A stretch of DNA of 64,000 nt, taken from positions 10,827,003 through 10,891,002 of the forward strand of contig MU053934.1 of NCBI GenBank assembly GCA_013239625.1, written 5' to 3'. The position numbers and the translations under genes were made by a program. Source of the DNA: Lama guanicoe (lineage: Eukaryota). Shown here in pieces: positions 1-11,754 of the stretch. How positions within the stretch are numbered: position 1 is the stretch's first letter; each line of letters begins with the position of its first letter. The notes beneath the pieces were generated by a model. That model saw nothing but the letters and a program-made list of their open reading frames with translations. It did no database searches and was not told the DNA's origin.

Positions 1-1150
1 ACAGATTCGACGCCGCTGCGCGTAGATCTGTGTGTTCTGCTGCTGCTGGGGAAGCGGTCCACAGACGCCCCTCGGCCTAGTGGGTTACGGTGGTGTCCGC
101 TCCTCTGTCTCCTTGCTAAGCTCTTTAGTTGTTCTGTTCATAACTGACCAGGGGTACTGAAGTCTCCAGCTGTGGTTTTTGAATCATCTGTTTCTCCTTT
201 CAACGATTCCGGCGCTCCCTTCCCTCTCGTTAATGGCATGTGTGTTTCCCATTGCTTTGTCTGCTTGGTCACTCTGCTTATCTGCCCATAAACGTTACTT
301 TCCTTAAAAATCCTGTCTACTGAGACTTTTATTTCTGTTACTACTTTAGCGTAAATTATTCCATTTTTTGTATATTTAGTTTCTCTTATGAAATTCTTCA
401 TTTTATCACCTATATTTTAAAATTTTAGTAATTTTAAAGTTTATGTAAAACAGCTTTTATGTATAAGAAATCTCGTGGATCTCTTTCTAATGTTTGTTCT
501 TTCTCTTTTCTGTTTCCTTGCCTTTGTACTCCAGGCTGACATGCCTGATGATTTTTGTTGTTGAATGTCGGAACTTGCGTCTAAAACTTGTATAGATGAT
601 TCGATTCTACTGTTTTCCCTCAAAAAATTTACCATTGCTGCTGGCAGCCTTTTATGCTGGGGCTAGTTCCAAGCTATGAATCCATTTATTTGAAGTGTTT
701 GCAAATTCTGGTCTCGTCTTGGCTTGCTTTTGCTTTTCTGTAGCCCCTCCAGAAATCCGAAATTAAAATTTGGATTACTTTTGAGGGCTTTTCTCTTCGA
801 GGGGCCTGGGAAAAAACCCAACGTTTATATCTCCCGGACATACAAAAGTTCCAAAAGCTCTGTTCAACTTCTTAGTCCCCAGCTGTCGCTTAAATATCAA
901 CACACAAGCAAGGCCACGAGCAGCTGAGGCCAGCCCAGATCAGACAAGTGCCCTCCCCATGACATGTGCTTAGCCTGCCAACCTCGGGGTAGAAAAGAAA
1001 TAACTTCTGGGGTAGTGTGTTGTGCAGGACGTGGGATCAACTGCCTGAGACAACACTTTCTTCCACAAAGAGTTCCTGTTATCTTTGCACCCCTGGATTC
1101 ACAAACACCTCTCAGATGAGGCTTGGCCATGAGACCATCTGCTTGTACAG
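1..1150 (-). mobile_element. Ancient L1 (L1M/L1ME-like) fragment, antisense
   Basis: T-rich; contains 'gtactgaagtctccagctgtgg...tctgtttctcctttca', the antisense of the L1 ORF2 endonuclease region, also seen at ~14670 and ~34760. The right boundary is uncertain. Confidence 0.6.
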
Positions 1151-1594
1151 CTGGAAGCAGGTTTCAACCATCCCAACCATTTTCTGGCTGAACTCCTAAA
1201 TTTGTTTCAAGATTTAGCCCCAGAAGAGCTCACCTGGGTTCCTTAGCCCACCCTCCACCCCAACCCCTCATAACTTTCGCGCACATGTCTGTTAGGGCAC
1301 CTTTCACATTGTGACCAACCAGCGACTGGTACGTGCTGCCCCTGCTGCCCCCACCGTGTTGAATACGCAAGTTGGCGCTCTGTTACCTTCAGATCCTCAG
1401 TGCAATTTCCAGCCTCTGTTATCGGCTGAGTCTACGCTCAGACAATGATGGGTAACAGGGACAGTGTCTGAAGGCTGTGTGATATTTCATGACACACAAA
1501 ATATTATTACAGACATTATTTTGAGTCTCACGTTGAGCGACGGAAGCTACTTACCTCGTCACATAAGGCAGGTGCTGTCTTTGGTACAAGCTGT

Positions 1595-1710
1595 TGACCA
1601 CTTCCTATATGGAGAAACTGGACCCCACCGAGGTTGAGTAACTGGCCTGAGATGACAAGGCTTGTAGTTAAGACGATGGGACTAGAATCTGTGCTCTCTT
1701 CATCTTGCAC
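1595..1710 (-). mobile_element. MIR SINE fragment
   Basis: 'gagaaactggaccccaccgaggttgagtaactggcctgagatgaca' resembles the MIR core (gaggaaactgaggc..agaggttaagtaacttgcccaaggtcaca). Confidence 0.6.
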
Positions 1711-3005
1711 GATGGCATCTGGACACAAGCTCGCTCTCATGCCCCTACTGGTGGGGGTTTAAACCAGGCCTTGGCGCCAAGCTTGGCTTCACACGAGCAT
1801 CAGCAGCTCCTGCCATTTCCATATTCAGCACACAGAACCACACACACCCTAGAAATTCAGAACTTGTCCACTGGGTACCTGGGTTTACACACATCGATCC
1901 TTGTATTCACTTTAACTGTGAACCTGCACAGTAAAAGCAAGGTCACAAGCTGGTGTTCTGTGCCTTCATGTAAGAGGAACACTCGGGTTTGTGAAGAACC
2001 ACACCAGGAGGCTGCTGGAAGCTTTTCTGAGATGCCATAGAAACGTCTGTTCCGAAGTCCTCCTCACCGGCTCACATGCAGGAACAAGAACCCCCGTTGG
2101 CAGCGTGCGAGCAGCCCTGCGCAGTGCCTGCGATGGGATTCGGTTGTTTTCTGGGTCCCCCAGATAAGCCCTGGGGGCCTAGAACTGCAGGCGACCCACA
2201 ATGTGGCCCTAGATCTGCGTGGCTGGGAGGGCAGGCGCCTTTCCAAGCCCGGCAGGAATGTCCCAAGGTCCCCTGACCTGACGGGGGCCAGGTAAGCGTC
2301 TCCAGGCTGAGGGTCGGGGGCAGTGTCCCACCGTCCCTGCCAACCCAGAGCTGTGGGCGATGGTGGGAAGGGGCCAGGACACAGAAAGGAAGAGGCTTCC
2401 AGTGACTGTGTGCGCCTTGGTGAGCATGTCCCCCTCTGGAGCAGGTACACAGAATGACTGGTCAGTCCTCCACTGAGCTGGGGGTGCTGGGAGGACCCAA
2501 CCTGCTGCGGGTAGCGTGGGCCCCCCCCTGCCGCTGTGACACATACAGACTCTGCTCCTGGGGGCACCTTATCACTCATCACAGCTCTCGTGGTCCCAGG
2601 CCTGAGTGCTGTGAGGCAGGAGCTCCGTCCCCATGTTGCCCTCCCCTGGACAGCACAAAGCTTTCTTTCTCTTTCCTTTTGTTTCCATCCCTCCACTGAA
2701 CTACCCTGGACATTACGTGTAGCAGAGGAGGCAACGGCTAGAAGAGGAAAAAAGACTAATAAACGTACAAGTGTCAAGGATGTGGTCAGTGTGTGTGGTG
2801 CCCCCCAAGGCGGGACGCAGCCATCTGCAGAGGAACGGTGTGGTCTTAAGTCTGATATGGTCCGTTGGTCATGGATCTGGTGAGGTGACAGTACACCCCC
2901 GTGATCGGATGCACCGTCCATCGGCAGATGTGGCCTGGGACGTACTGGGTAGCTGCTACACAGTAGGGATTTCCCGTGTCAAGGTGAGAGTGTAGATGCT
3001 AGAGT

Positions 3006-3235
3006 TGTCTTAACAGGGTTCTCCAGAGAAACAGAGCCAACAGGAGACATTGCGAGGAACTGGCTCCGCTGATCACAGAAGCCGGAAGTCCCGCACCTGC
3101 CGGCTGCAAGCGGGAGGCCCGGGGCAGCCAACGGTGTAAGTTTTGGTCCAAAGCAGGAGAAAGCGGACGTCCCAGCTCAATGCCAGCCAGGCAGTGAGAG
3201 CCGGTTCCCTCTCGTTCTCCCTCTTTGTTGCTGTT
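3006..3235 (-). mobile_element. MLT2 (ERVL) LTR, 3' part
   Basis: Starts 'tgtcttaacagggttctccagagaaacagagccaacagga', the reverse complement of the MLT2 LTR terminus. Confidence 0.8.
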
Positions 3236-3269
3236 CTTCTTTTTAATGAGCACCTGCTTTTCTTTATCT

Positions 3270-3530
3270 GTGCCAATTCAGATCAGACTTACTGATCTTC
3301 GCCAGTCTATACGTGAAAGTGGCACTGCCTTATCATTTACATCTTCATTTCCAATTATTATGATGAAGCTGAGCATCTTTTCGTGTGTATACTGTCCACT
3401 TAGAGCTCCTCTTCTGGGGACCATGCATGCTTTTTTTGGCCCATTTTTCTATTGTGGGTTGGTCTTCTTATTTATTTGTAAGGACTCTTGATATATTAGG
3501 AAATCAGCCCTTGTCTGGTTTCTAAATTGT
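3270..3530 (-). mobile_element. Old L1 3'-region fragment
   Basis: 'gaagctgagcatcttttcgtgtgta...tttttggcccatttttctattg...gactcttgatatattagg' is typical antisense L1M. Confidence 0.7.
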
Positions 3531-4544
3531 AAAAATATGATAAACTCGATGTTCATACAAACATCACATAAGAACAGCACCCCCTCCACTACAAGCACAG
3601 ACGCTTCCAGCCATTGGGAGAAGACTGTGTATACAAACCCGCACTTGAGAGAACTTCACTCTTGAAGGAAGGTTTTGGCTTAGAAGGTTGTCTTGCTTTG
3701 TCAAGGAATCAGATGTTTATTGTCCTGGAAAAAAAAATGCGTGTGTCTGTGCAAATGCTTATGGAGTCTCTGAATAACTTTCAAAGACTAAGAATTAATG
3801 TTTTATTGTGTACAATAAAGGCAACCCAGGTCTCTCTGATGTGAATATCTGCCGATTCACTTTGGGCACAGGAAGAAATGACACGCTGCCCCTGGGTGCT
3901 TCCTGCCGTGTCTTTCCCAGAGCATCAGTGTCATCCCCAAACAGAGATAAGCTCACAGTCTGGGTGCCCTATCGCCAAGTGCACACCTAGTGTTCAGCAG
4001 AGATATCTGTGTCTCAGGATGTAAGGGGGAAGAGTCGGGACATCAAACATTGAAAGTTATCTCATTCCCACATGACATGGAGGAATAAAATGTGTTGTCT
4101 GACCCTCTCCCCGCCCGCATGTGGCAGAAGACAGCTCATGGACCAAAGATGAGGCACAGAAAGCTTCACTTGGTTTATTTGGATAAATAAATGTATAGAC
4201 TGCTCAGGAGAGAAACTCCATGGTCGGGGGCGGGGCGGAAAGACAGAGGGCAATGTAATAGCTTTTCTTAGGTGTGAAGTAGTGGGCTTGGGCATAATTA
4301 AATCGTCTGTTATGAGCCTGAACCAGGCCGCGGTCACTGGATTTGATTTTAATTGGTCTACTGATACTAAACATTTCATACGCTTTTTTGTTCTAGATCG
4401 ATGGGATGAGGCTCCCCCCCACTGGGGGCGGCCTACCATCACTCAGTCTCGGATTCGCATGTCAGTCTCATCCGGAATTCATCCAGCGTCTGGGCACCCG
4501 TGGCCAGTCCCGTGGGCGGTAAAGTGAGCCATCACAGTCAAAAG

Positions 4545-4742
4545 ACCCGCCTGGGTTCTAATCCAGGCCCCACGTCTCCCCAGCAGAGCGACACTGGTGA
4601 GTTCTGAGTGTCTCCCCACCTTGATTTTCTCACTTTCAAAATGAAGATAAGAGACAGACCCTACCCCCTGGGCTAGGACGATGTTCACGTGAAGAAACGC
4701 CTGTAAAGGGCTCCGCCAGTGTCTGGCCCACGTGAGCGCTGA
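4545..4742 (+). mobile_element. MIR SINE
   Basis: 'ctgggttctaatccaggc...ccttgattttctcactttcaaaatgaagataa...tgtaaagggctccgccagtgtctggcccacgtgagcgct' is collinear with the MIR consensus. Confidence 0.7.
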
Positions 4743-5039
4743 GGAGGTCCTCGCCGAGGCCCCACCGGGAGCCCGCCGCCTCCCAGCCCCCAGGCCATCC
4801 CGCCCGCTTGGAGGAGACACGTGGCCCTCCCTCCCCGCCTCCCTGCCCCGTCCTCAGACTCCCCTGTCTGAATGCAAGCTGGCCTCTGCAGACACTCTGG
4901 GGATTAACAAATGAAGCCTCAAAAAATAAGTTTTCCTCTTCCTCCCCTCACTGTCCACGAAGCCAGGTCGCTGCAGAAAAGAAGAAAACGCTTACCTGGA
5001 ACGTCCTACAAACAAGCCTTAATTTAAAAAGAAGTTAAA

Positions 5040-6310
5040 AGTCGTAGAGCGGCCAGAGCGCAAACTCATCGCTCCCTGCAGGAAGGGCTGGGTGGCGACC
5101 CTCCCGCGTGTGCCCGAGCGAGCGAGCGAGCGTCCCCCGCGTCTGCGTCTGCGCGGAGCCGGGCGGCGCCGCCTGCGCGCTGCGGGCTCGGTGCGCGGGC
5201 CGCGCGGGGCGCGAGCGGCCCGCTTTCGGCCGCGCAGACCCCGCGCCCACTGCGCAGCCCTTTCGGGTGATGAAGATCACAAATGAAATGACCGTTCACG
5301 GGCCCGATACATTTTATGTTCGAAAAGAAACATTTTCTTCATGAGTGCCTGTTTGTAATTTAGCTGATTTTTAATAACGGCTCAGAAAATTTGAAAAAAA
5401 AGAACAAAACAACAACAACAACAAAAAAAACCAAAGACCGTTTCGCAGCTGGACCGCGAGCCGTGGAGGAAGTAGGGGTGGAGGGGGCCTTGCAGGGGGC
5501 GCCCCGCCGCCGCCCCGGAAGCCAGGCCCGGCGCCGCCCGCCTCTGCCCGGGGCCGCCCTGCTCGCGCCTCCCTTCGCGCGGAGGCGCTGAGCTTTTGTG
5601 ATGTTCACTCACTCTTCATTCGCTTCAGCAACAGCTGCTGCGTGAAGTTTTTTGGAGGGTTTACTTCCTCAACCACTTGCTTAATAAATGGCAGTTAATC
5701 CTCCGCCTGGGTCCTGCGCTGGGCGCTCCGCTGGGCGCCGCGGTTCAGACAGCGGACAAGACGGCCGCTGTGGCGGCGCCTCGGGGTCACTGCGGCGGAG
5801 GGGACGCGAGCTGAAGGGTGACGCGCCGGGAGGGCCGTGCGCTTTGACGGGGCGTTAGAAAGAGCCCGGGGGTTGGCGGGTCCCGGGCGGACCCGGGGAG
5901 CTGGGGGCTCCCCCTCCCACCCACCCGCAGACCCGCCGCTCAGAGCCGCTCAGGGCCGCCCTGCAAGGATCACTCTCCTCCGTCCGCCCTGTGCTGCCTC
6001 TCCCAGCGCCCACGTGGGCTCCGGGGACCCTCTGTCCTGGCCAGGACTGGGGGGCTGCACCCCGGTTTCGGCGTGGGTGGGGGGCGGTACCGCCGTCTCC
6101 TGGGGCTCCTGCAGGCTGAGTGCTCCGCGGTCCCTGGCGCCCCTGGGCCGTGTGTCCCCGTTGCCTCGGGCAACCCTGGACCACAGGTACCTTTTAGCTT
6201 CTGGCCAACGAAGCCTCTCGCCACGAGGGCTAAGTTAGGGGCTCAGCAGTCGCCCACGAGATGAATTACAGGATCAGACACTCTGTCACGATCCTGCGTT
6301 TCCTCCGCGC
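5040..6310. promoter_or_regulatory. CpG island, promoter-like
   Basis: Very high CpG and GC density (e.g. 5100-5260, 5460-5590, 5700-5960), GC-box-like runs and a (GAGC)4 repeat at ~5116. Interrupted by AT-rich islets at ~5270-5435 and ~5590-5700. Confidence 0.8.
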
Positions 6311-9300
6311 AGAGCCAGTGGCCCAGGCCGGCTGGACGCCCTGCTCCAGTCCACACAGGAAGCGACCCCCACCAGGGAGGCCCACGCCCTCCCCACTCCC
6401 TGTCAGTGATCCATCCCCATCTTTCTGCAGAGCAACAGCTCAGCGGCCTAAAACACCCTCTTGAAATCTGCAAAGATATTAGCAAACTCCCCTCCACTTC
6501 TGAGTGTCTCCTAGATGTCAAAATGTTGACTTCGTCCCTGCTAAAATGCGGCTTTAGGGAAAAAAAAATCACATCTTTTCAAACTTCCTGCAGTCCCTGT
6601 CATTTGCAGCATATGTTCCTGCATAATGATGTTCGTAAGTGAAGTGACATTTCAGAGTAATGAGGCTTCAGTGACAATGTGTGAGAGATGTGACAAGTTT
6701 TCTCTAATAGAAAAAGGCAGTGTAGACAAAACCAGATCCACAGCCCAGGCTGGCTCTGGGCTCGGCCTTGAGCCCGGAGGTGGTGTGGGTGCACCTGCCG
6801 CCCAGAGCACCAGCCGTTCTGGGGGAATGTGCGGGGACCACGAGTCCCCATCAGACCCGCTCACTGGGAGGACCGGCAGCTGGCCTGCAGGCAGGATCGG
6901 GGTGGGGGGTTAGCAGGCACCCACCTGGGTGCTCAGGGCTGTCCCCTGTCCTCGCAACCCCTGCCTGGCGTCACTCCCCGCTCTGCCTTCCTGCTTCCCT
7001 GCGATGGGAGGCTGCTTCCCACCCCCGGGGGTGAGTCCAGGCCCAGCCCTGCAGCGGCCGAAGGCTGGCTTTCTGGCTGGAAGGAAAAGCCCCAGGGCCT
7101 CAAGTCTCCCTGGCGGGGTCTCTGCATTAGCCAGGGCCCCAGGGCTCCCAGTTTTTGCTGCCTCGATGGGAAAAGCTGACTCGGCTCCAAGTCCCACCTA
7201 CACCCCTCGGGCCGGCGCCCCCTCGGCTTCCCCCGACAGTCTGTGCTCTGTCACTGCAGCCCCATCTCTCCAGGCTCCGCACAAGTTCACGGGGGTCGCC
7301 CTCACTCCCACCTGGGGGCCCGTTCCTTACAGGCCAAGCCTCTGCTAGGGGTCTCTCACCCTTGAAGTCTGCTCACCCGGGGGCCCTCAGTCCTGGGCAG
7401 CGACTTGTCTTTCAAGCTCATTCATAAGGATTCAGCAAGTGGCCGCAGCGCTTGGGCTCTCCGAGGATCCGGGGCGCACGGGCGGGGAGACCCGAGGGCC
7501 GCCCTGATGGGGGGAGACGGGCAGACGCAGGTAAGCAGAAGAATGAACGACGGCGTCCCTGCAGGAGGGAGCGAGGTGGCCCCGCGGTGGGCACGGCGGC
7601 CCTGGGGGCCTCTCTTGGCTTCTCCCCGCCGCGCCCTGCCCGATGCGTTGCTACGTGCTTCTTTACATCCTTTCTTATTCAGCGCTCGTCTCCCCCATAC
7701 ACCCAGCAAGCAGCACGTGAGGAGTAGTTAATATCTGCTCAGTGCTCTGTGCAGGCTCCAGGCGAAGAGGCGGACAGGGATCAGCACATGTCAGCGTCAC
7801 AGCGAATCTCCAGGAAGTTCCACTTTGGTCTCTGTAAGGAAGATGAGACACAGGTGCTTGGGGAGGCCAGGGCTGGCCACCAGCCGGCAGGTGGAGGCTC
7901 TGGGACTTGCCTGTGGGGGGCAGGGGTGGTGGCTCTCTCGGAGGGTCCCCTGCTCCATGACGCAGGGCTCTGGTCTGCTCAGCACCAGGCGGCCAGCGGC
8001 CAGCAGAGCCCCTGGCTACGGAGTGACTGAGTGAGCGGGCAGATGACCTCATTCCTCCTCTAACAGATGGATCGCCTCTACAATGGGAACACTGTGTTGT
8101 GCAACCCCTCCCCCACTTCCAGATTATTCCAACAGGGCTGCCTGCAACGCTTGTCTCCTAAGTGCCCACAAAGAGACTCTCATGCCTCCCTGTCTCCTTG
8201 GAAATCCAGAGGGCTCCCTGGCAGCTCACGGCACTCTTGTCATCCCTATCCTATCCCTGGTGGGCTTCCTGGAGGAGCTGGCTCATAGAGTGGGCCTTGA
8301 AAAGGACCCCCTGCTTCAACCTTCACTTCCGAGCGCAGGCTCCCAGATACTCCAAAAGTGGCACAAGAAACTTTTGGCACAAAGACCTGGGACAGCAGGC
8401 TGGGCTTTGGCTCTGCCACGCGTGCTGGTGCTTAGAACAAGTCATCCATCTGCTCGTGGATGTGCTGGGAACGCCAGGTCCTCACCCTCTGGCTGTACCT
8501 CCCGGAGCCGCACAGACGCTTGGCTCATCCAGAAAGGGGCGTGTCCTCCAGGAAGACCAAGATGCAGGCAGCAGACTCAAGAGGTATTTCCATCCACAGA
8601 TGTTGGTAAGAAGAGCAATTTCCAAGGATTAAAGGCTACAGAAACCTAACTGTTCAACACATTTACTTGTTGGCGGGTCCAGGATTCTGCTGGGCAAAGA
8701 GCCGGCTTCAGTCCTCTGCTCTCAGCTCTGGCGCCCGGCTCTGCCAGCTCGGGTCTGTTCCTGAGCTCTGTCTCCTGGGCTCCCTCCTCCAGCTCTGGCG
8801 CGGGTGTTCACGGCACGCCTTGCCTTGAGCCCCTGCTTTCAGCCTAAGATTCAGAAACCCTGTAACCAAACCGTGAGCAAAACTCAATCAATCCTGCCCA
8901 GAGGGAGGGGCCAAGACTTCTTTCCCAGACCAGTGGGAACTGGAGACCCCCACGGCTGCTCAGAAGAACCCCTTCCTCCTCCCAGGTGCGCTGTTCCCTG
9001 ACCTCAACTCCCGCTAAGCAGAAAACCAGACCTTGGTCAGCGCGCAGGACCCCCGCCCGGGGCAGGGCTTTCCCAGGGCAGAGGGAAGCCGTTCCCAGGA
9101 TTTACACAGCCCCTGCCCCCGAGGAGCTCCGGGCGCACAAACCTCATCAGTTCAGTCTTTTATATACTCACCACAGCGGTTTGGGAAACATTTCAAAATT
9201 AGACAAGCATTAGCTTAGCTTGTAAAATTAAAAATAAACTGTAACGGCTTTAATGATGTTGTGCTAAATGCCAGGCCTCATAGCACCTCACGTTCCTTGA

Positions 9301-9400
9301 ACACTTTATGGCTCCCAGTGCACTTTTAACTAACTTCTCATCTGGGAAGATGTTCACAATGCACCCGCCTCATACGGGATGCCCGCCGACTGGGGCCCTG

Positions 9401-9639
9401 AGGGTGTGGGTGCAGACTGACCTCCTCGGCCGGGCGCAGGGTCCCCCCCGGATTCCTCGGGACGGACGCCCAAGTCTGACTGGGATTCCGGAGCTGCCGG
9501 CGGGCCCGTCCTGCCTGGACCCCGTCCTTACACCCGTGTTGGCGACCTTCTGCCAGGTCTGAGCCCACAGACCACAGCTCTGTTCCTCCTCACCCGGAGG
9601 ACCATCCTGGGAGGGAGGGGCTGGGCTCCTGCCTGGAGC
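9401..9639 (+). repeat. Copy 1 (probable donor) of a local ~240-bp duplication
   Basis: Near-identical to 13114-13359 by direct comparison; both ORF translations share 'GRPSLTGIPELPAGPSCLDPVLTPVL.TFCQV'. Confidence 0.95.
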
Positions 9640-11212
9640 TCGGAGGGCAGGGCTTCCCCGGAAACCTTAGGATGGAACCCCTGGGGGTCTCCGCCTCCGG
9701 GAGCTCAACCTGCCGACCGCCCTGCCCTCCTCCTCCCCGGCCCCTCTCCTGACCATGCTGGACACTCTGGGTCAAGGAGACCTGAATCCACCCTCAGCGG
9801 CTTCTTTGTTAGGTGGCCTTGGACAATTCCCACAGCGTTTCCAGATCTCACCTCTCTCCGCACTGCAGGGAGAGCTTTCAAGAGTAGGGCTTGTTAGGAA
9901 GACAGAGGCTGGGGACGGGATGGGGCGGAGCCCTCCCAGTGTGGCTTTGTCTTCTCCAGGATGCGTCCACTCCCCCTGGGTCCTCGGGGGGGACCTGCAG
10001 CCCTCCTCCTTCGAGAGCCCCCAGCGCCAGGTGTTTTCCGTCCAGCACACTTTCCCCGGGCACCCCAGCCTTGTCCCTGAGCGAGTCCTGCTCATGCTGA
10101 CTTGGAAAAGGTGGATGGAAGGGTGCCCGCTCCGCTGGCTTCTGATGGCTCTCCTCTTCCCAAAGCTCAGCCCCCTGCCACGTGGTCCTGCCGGGGGGGG
10201 GGCGGCTCTGCACCCATCGCCCGCTGGGATGCTACGGTCCGTTCAGATTCCCTGCTGGTACTTCACTTAGAGACCAGACTGAGGCAGGCTGAGAGGTGGG
10301 GTCTCTCTGATGCTCTGGCTGTGACCTGGGAAGAACTGTGTTTCTCTCTTTTCTACAAGCGTGAGAGGGAAACAGAGACCAGGTTCCTTCCTTGGCACCG
10401 TGGACTGGTCCTGAAGTGGGTGGATGAGCTGGTGCCTGCTCAACACGGCTGCAGGTCGGGGTTTGTAACATTACCTGGTCACCCAGTTTCTCCGACAGCA
10501 GATGGACTTTAAAAAAAAGATTCTAAGGGGAAAATCACCCCCTCGATTCTAGCGGCTTATGCACCTGTGAAGTGGGCACAGGGGTCTCTTTCATCAGGAT
10601 TTTTGTGTCGTCTCCCGTAAGTTTACTTCTTTGCTTTAGTAACGTACTTTCTTGCGCTAGACCTTATGACCCTCAAATCGAATTTCAGGTTAATTTGCAA
10701 GTACCTGGTCCTATAATTTTTGGACTGTGCGAATTACAAAAAACAATCTTCATAATTCTTAGGAGGAACGTTTTACCAATTATGCTGCTGGAGCCAAAGA
10801 TTACAATTTCACAAATATCTTTGGTTGTTTTAGTGTAACAGCACACTATAATGTAATAGATTTTTTTAGTATAACAATAAAATAGACTAATATAACTTGT
10901 TTATTTGGGGGAGAACTGATTCAGAATAGGGTTTCAAAAGATCTGTGTAATTATCTGAGTGGTGAAGCAGTGTTTTACTCCAAATCAGAACATAGGTTTG
11001 TTTTAGTTTGCTACGTAGTCTTAACAAATGCTGGCTGTTTTATGATCCTTTTCACCACCCTCTCCTCACCCAGGTCGACCTGGTCTTTACAGATCTTTAC
11101 AGAACTTTATATCTGATCGTTAAAAATATATTTAAAGTAAGCATAATTGTACCCAAAGTATTATCAAAGTCTAAGCCAAGTTGAAATATTAATCTCTAAA
11201 ATAATGTATCAT

Positions 11213-11750
11213 TTAAGACATTTTCCAGCTTTACTGAGGTGTAACTGACAGATAAGAATTGTGTATGTTTAAGGTCTAGAGTGTGTTTTGATAGAAGTGC
11301 CTTGTGAAATGATTACCACAATGAACCTAATAAACACACCCACCACATAGTTACCTGCGTGTGGAGGGGAGGTGGAGGACACTTAAGACCTACCCTCCGA
11401 GCAAAATTTAAGTGTGCAGTACAGTATTGGTAACTGTAGTCACCACGCTGTGCCCTACCCCCCAAACCTATTCATCCTGTGTTCCGGCAAATTTGTACCT
11501 TTGACAAACACCCCCCACCGTCTTTTCCCCACCCCCAGCCTCTGGCAGCCGCAAGTCCACTCTCTGCTCCTGTCAGTCCAGTGACTTTAGGTCCCGCATG
11601 TAGGTGAGATCAGGCAGCGTCTGTCTTTCTCTGTCTGGCTCATTTCACTTACCATCATGTCCCGCACGTTCAAGGTTCATCCATGTCACATGTTGGCAAG
11701 ATGTCCTTCTTTATTAAGGTTAAAATAATATTCCCTCACATATATATGCA
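11213..11750 (-). mobile_element. L1MA/MB-type 3' end
   Basis: 'ccagctttactgaggtgtaactgaca...aactgtagtcaccacgctgtgc...tgtaggtgagatcaggcag...ctggctcatttcactta...ggttcatccatg'. Confidence 0.85.
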
Positions 11751-11754
11751 TATG

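Noticed and set aside
2064..2921. 285-aa ORF and other long ORFs (e.g. 49950-50732, 50710-51582, 51885-52589, 52706-53320)
   Set aside because: Rich in Pro/Gly/Ala/Arg/Ser, overlapping in many frames, with no recognisable domains. This is expected from stop-codon scarcity in GC-rich DNA; several also run through repeats.
4996..5005. 10-nt microexon on the minus strand (TTGTAG|GACGTTCCAG|GTAAG)
   Set aside because: Frame-shifting length, a weak acceptor with an upstream AG, and no host gene evident; a first-exon donor is the simpler reading.
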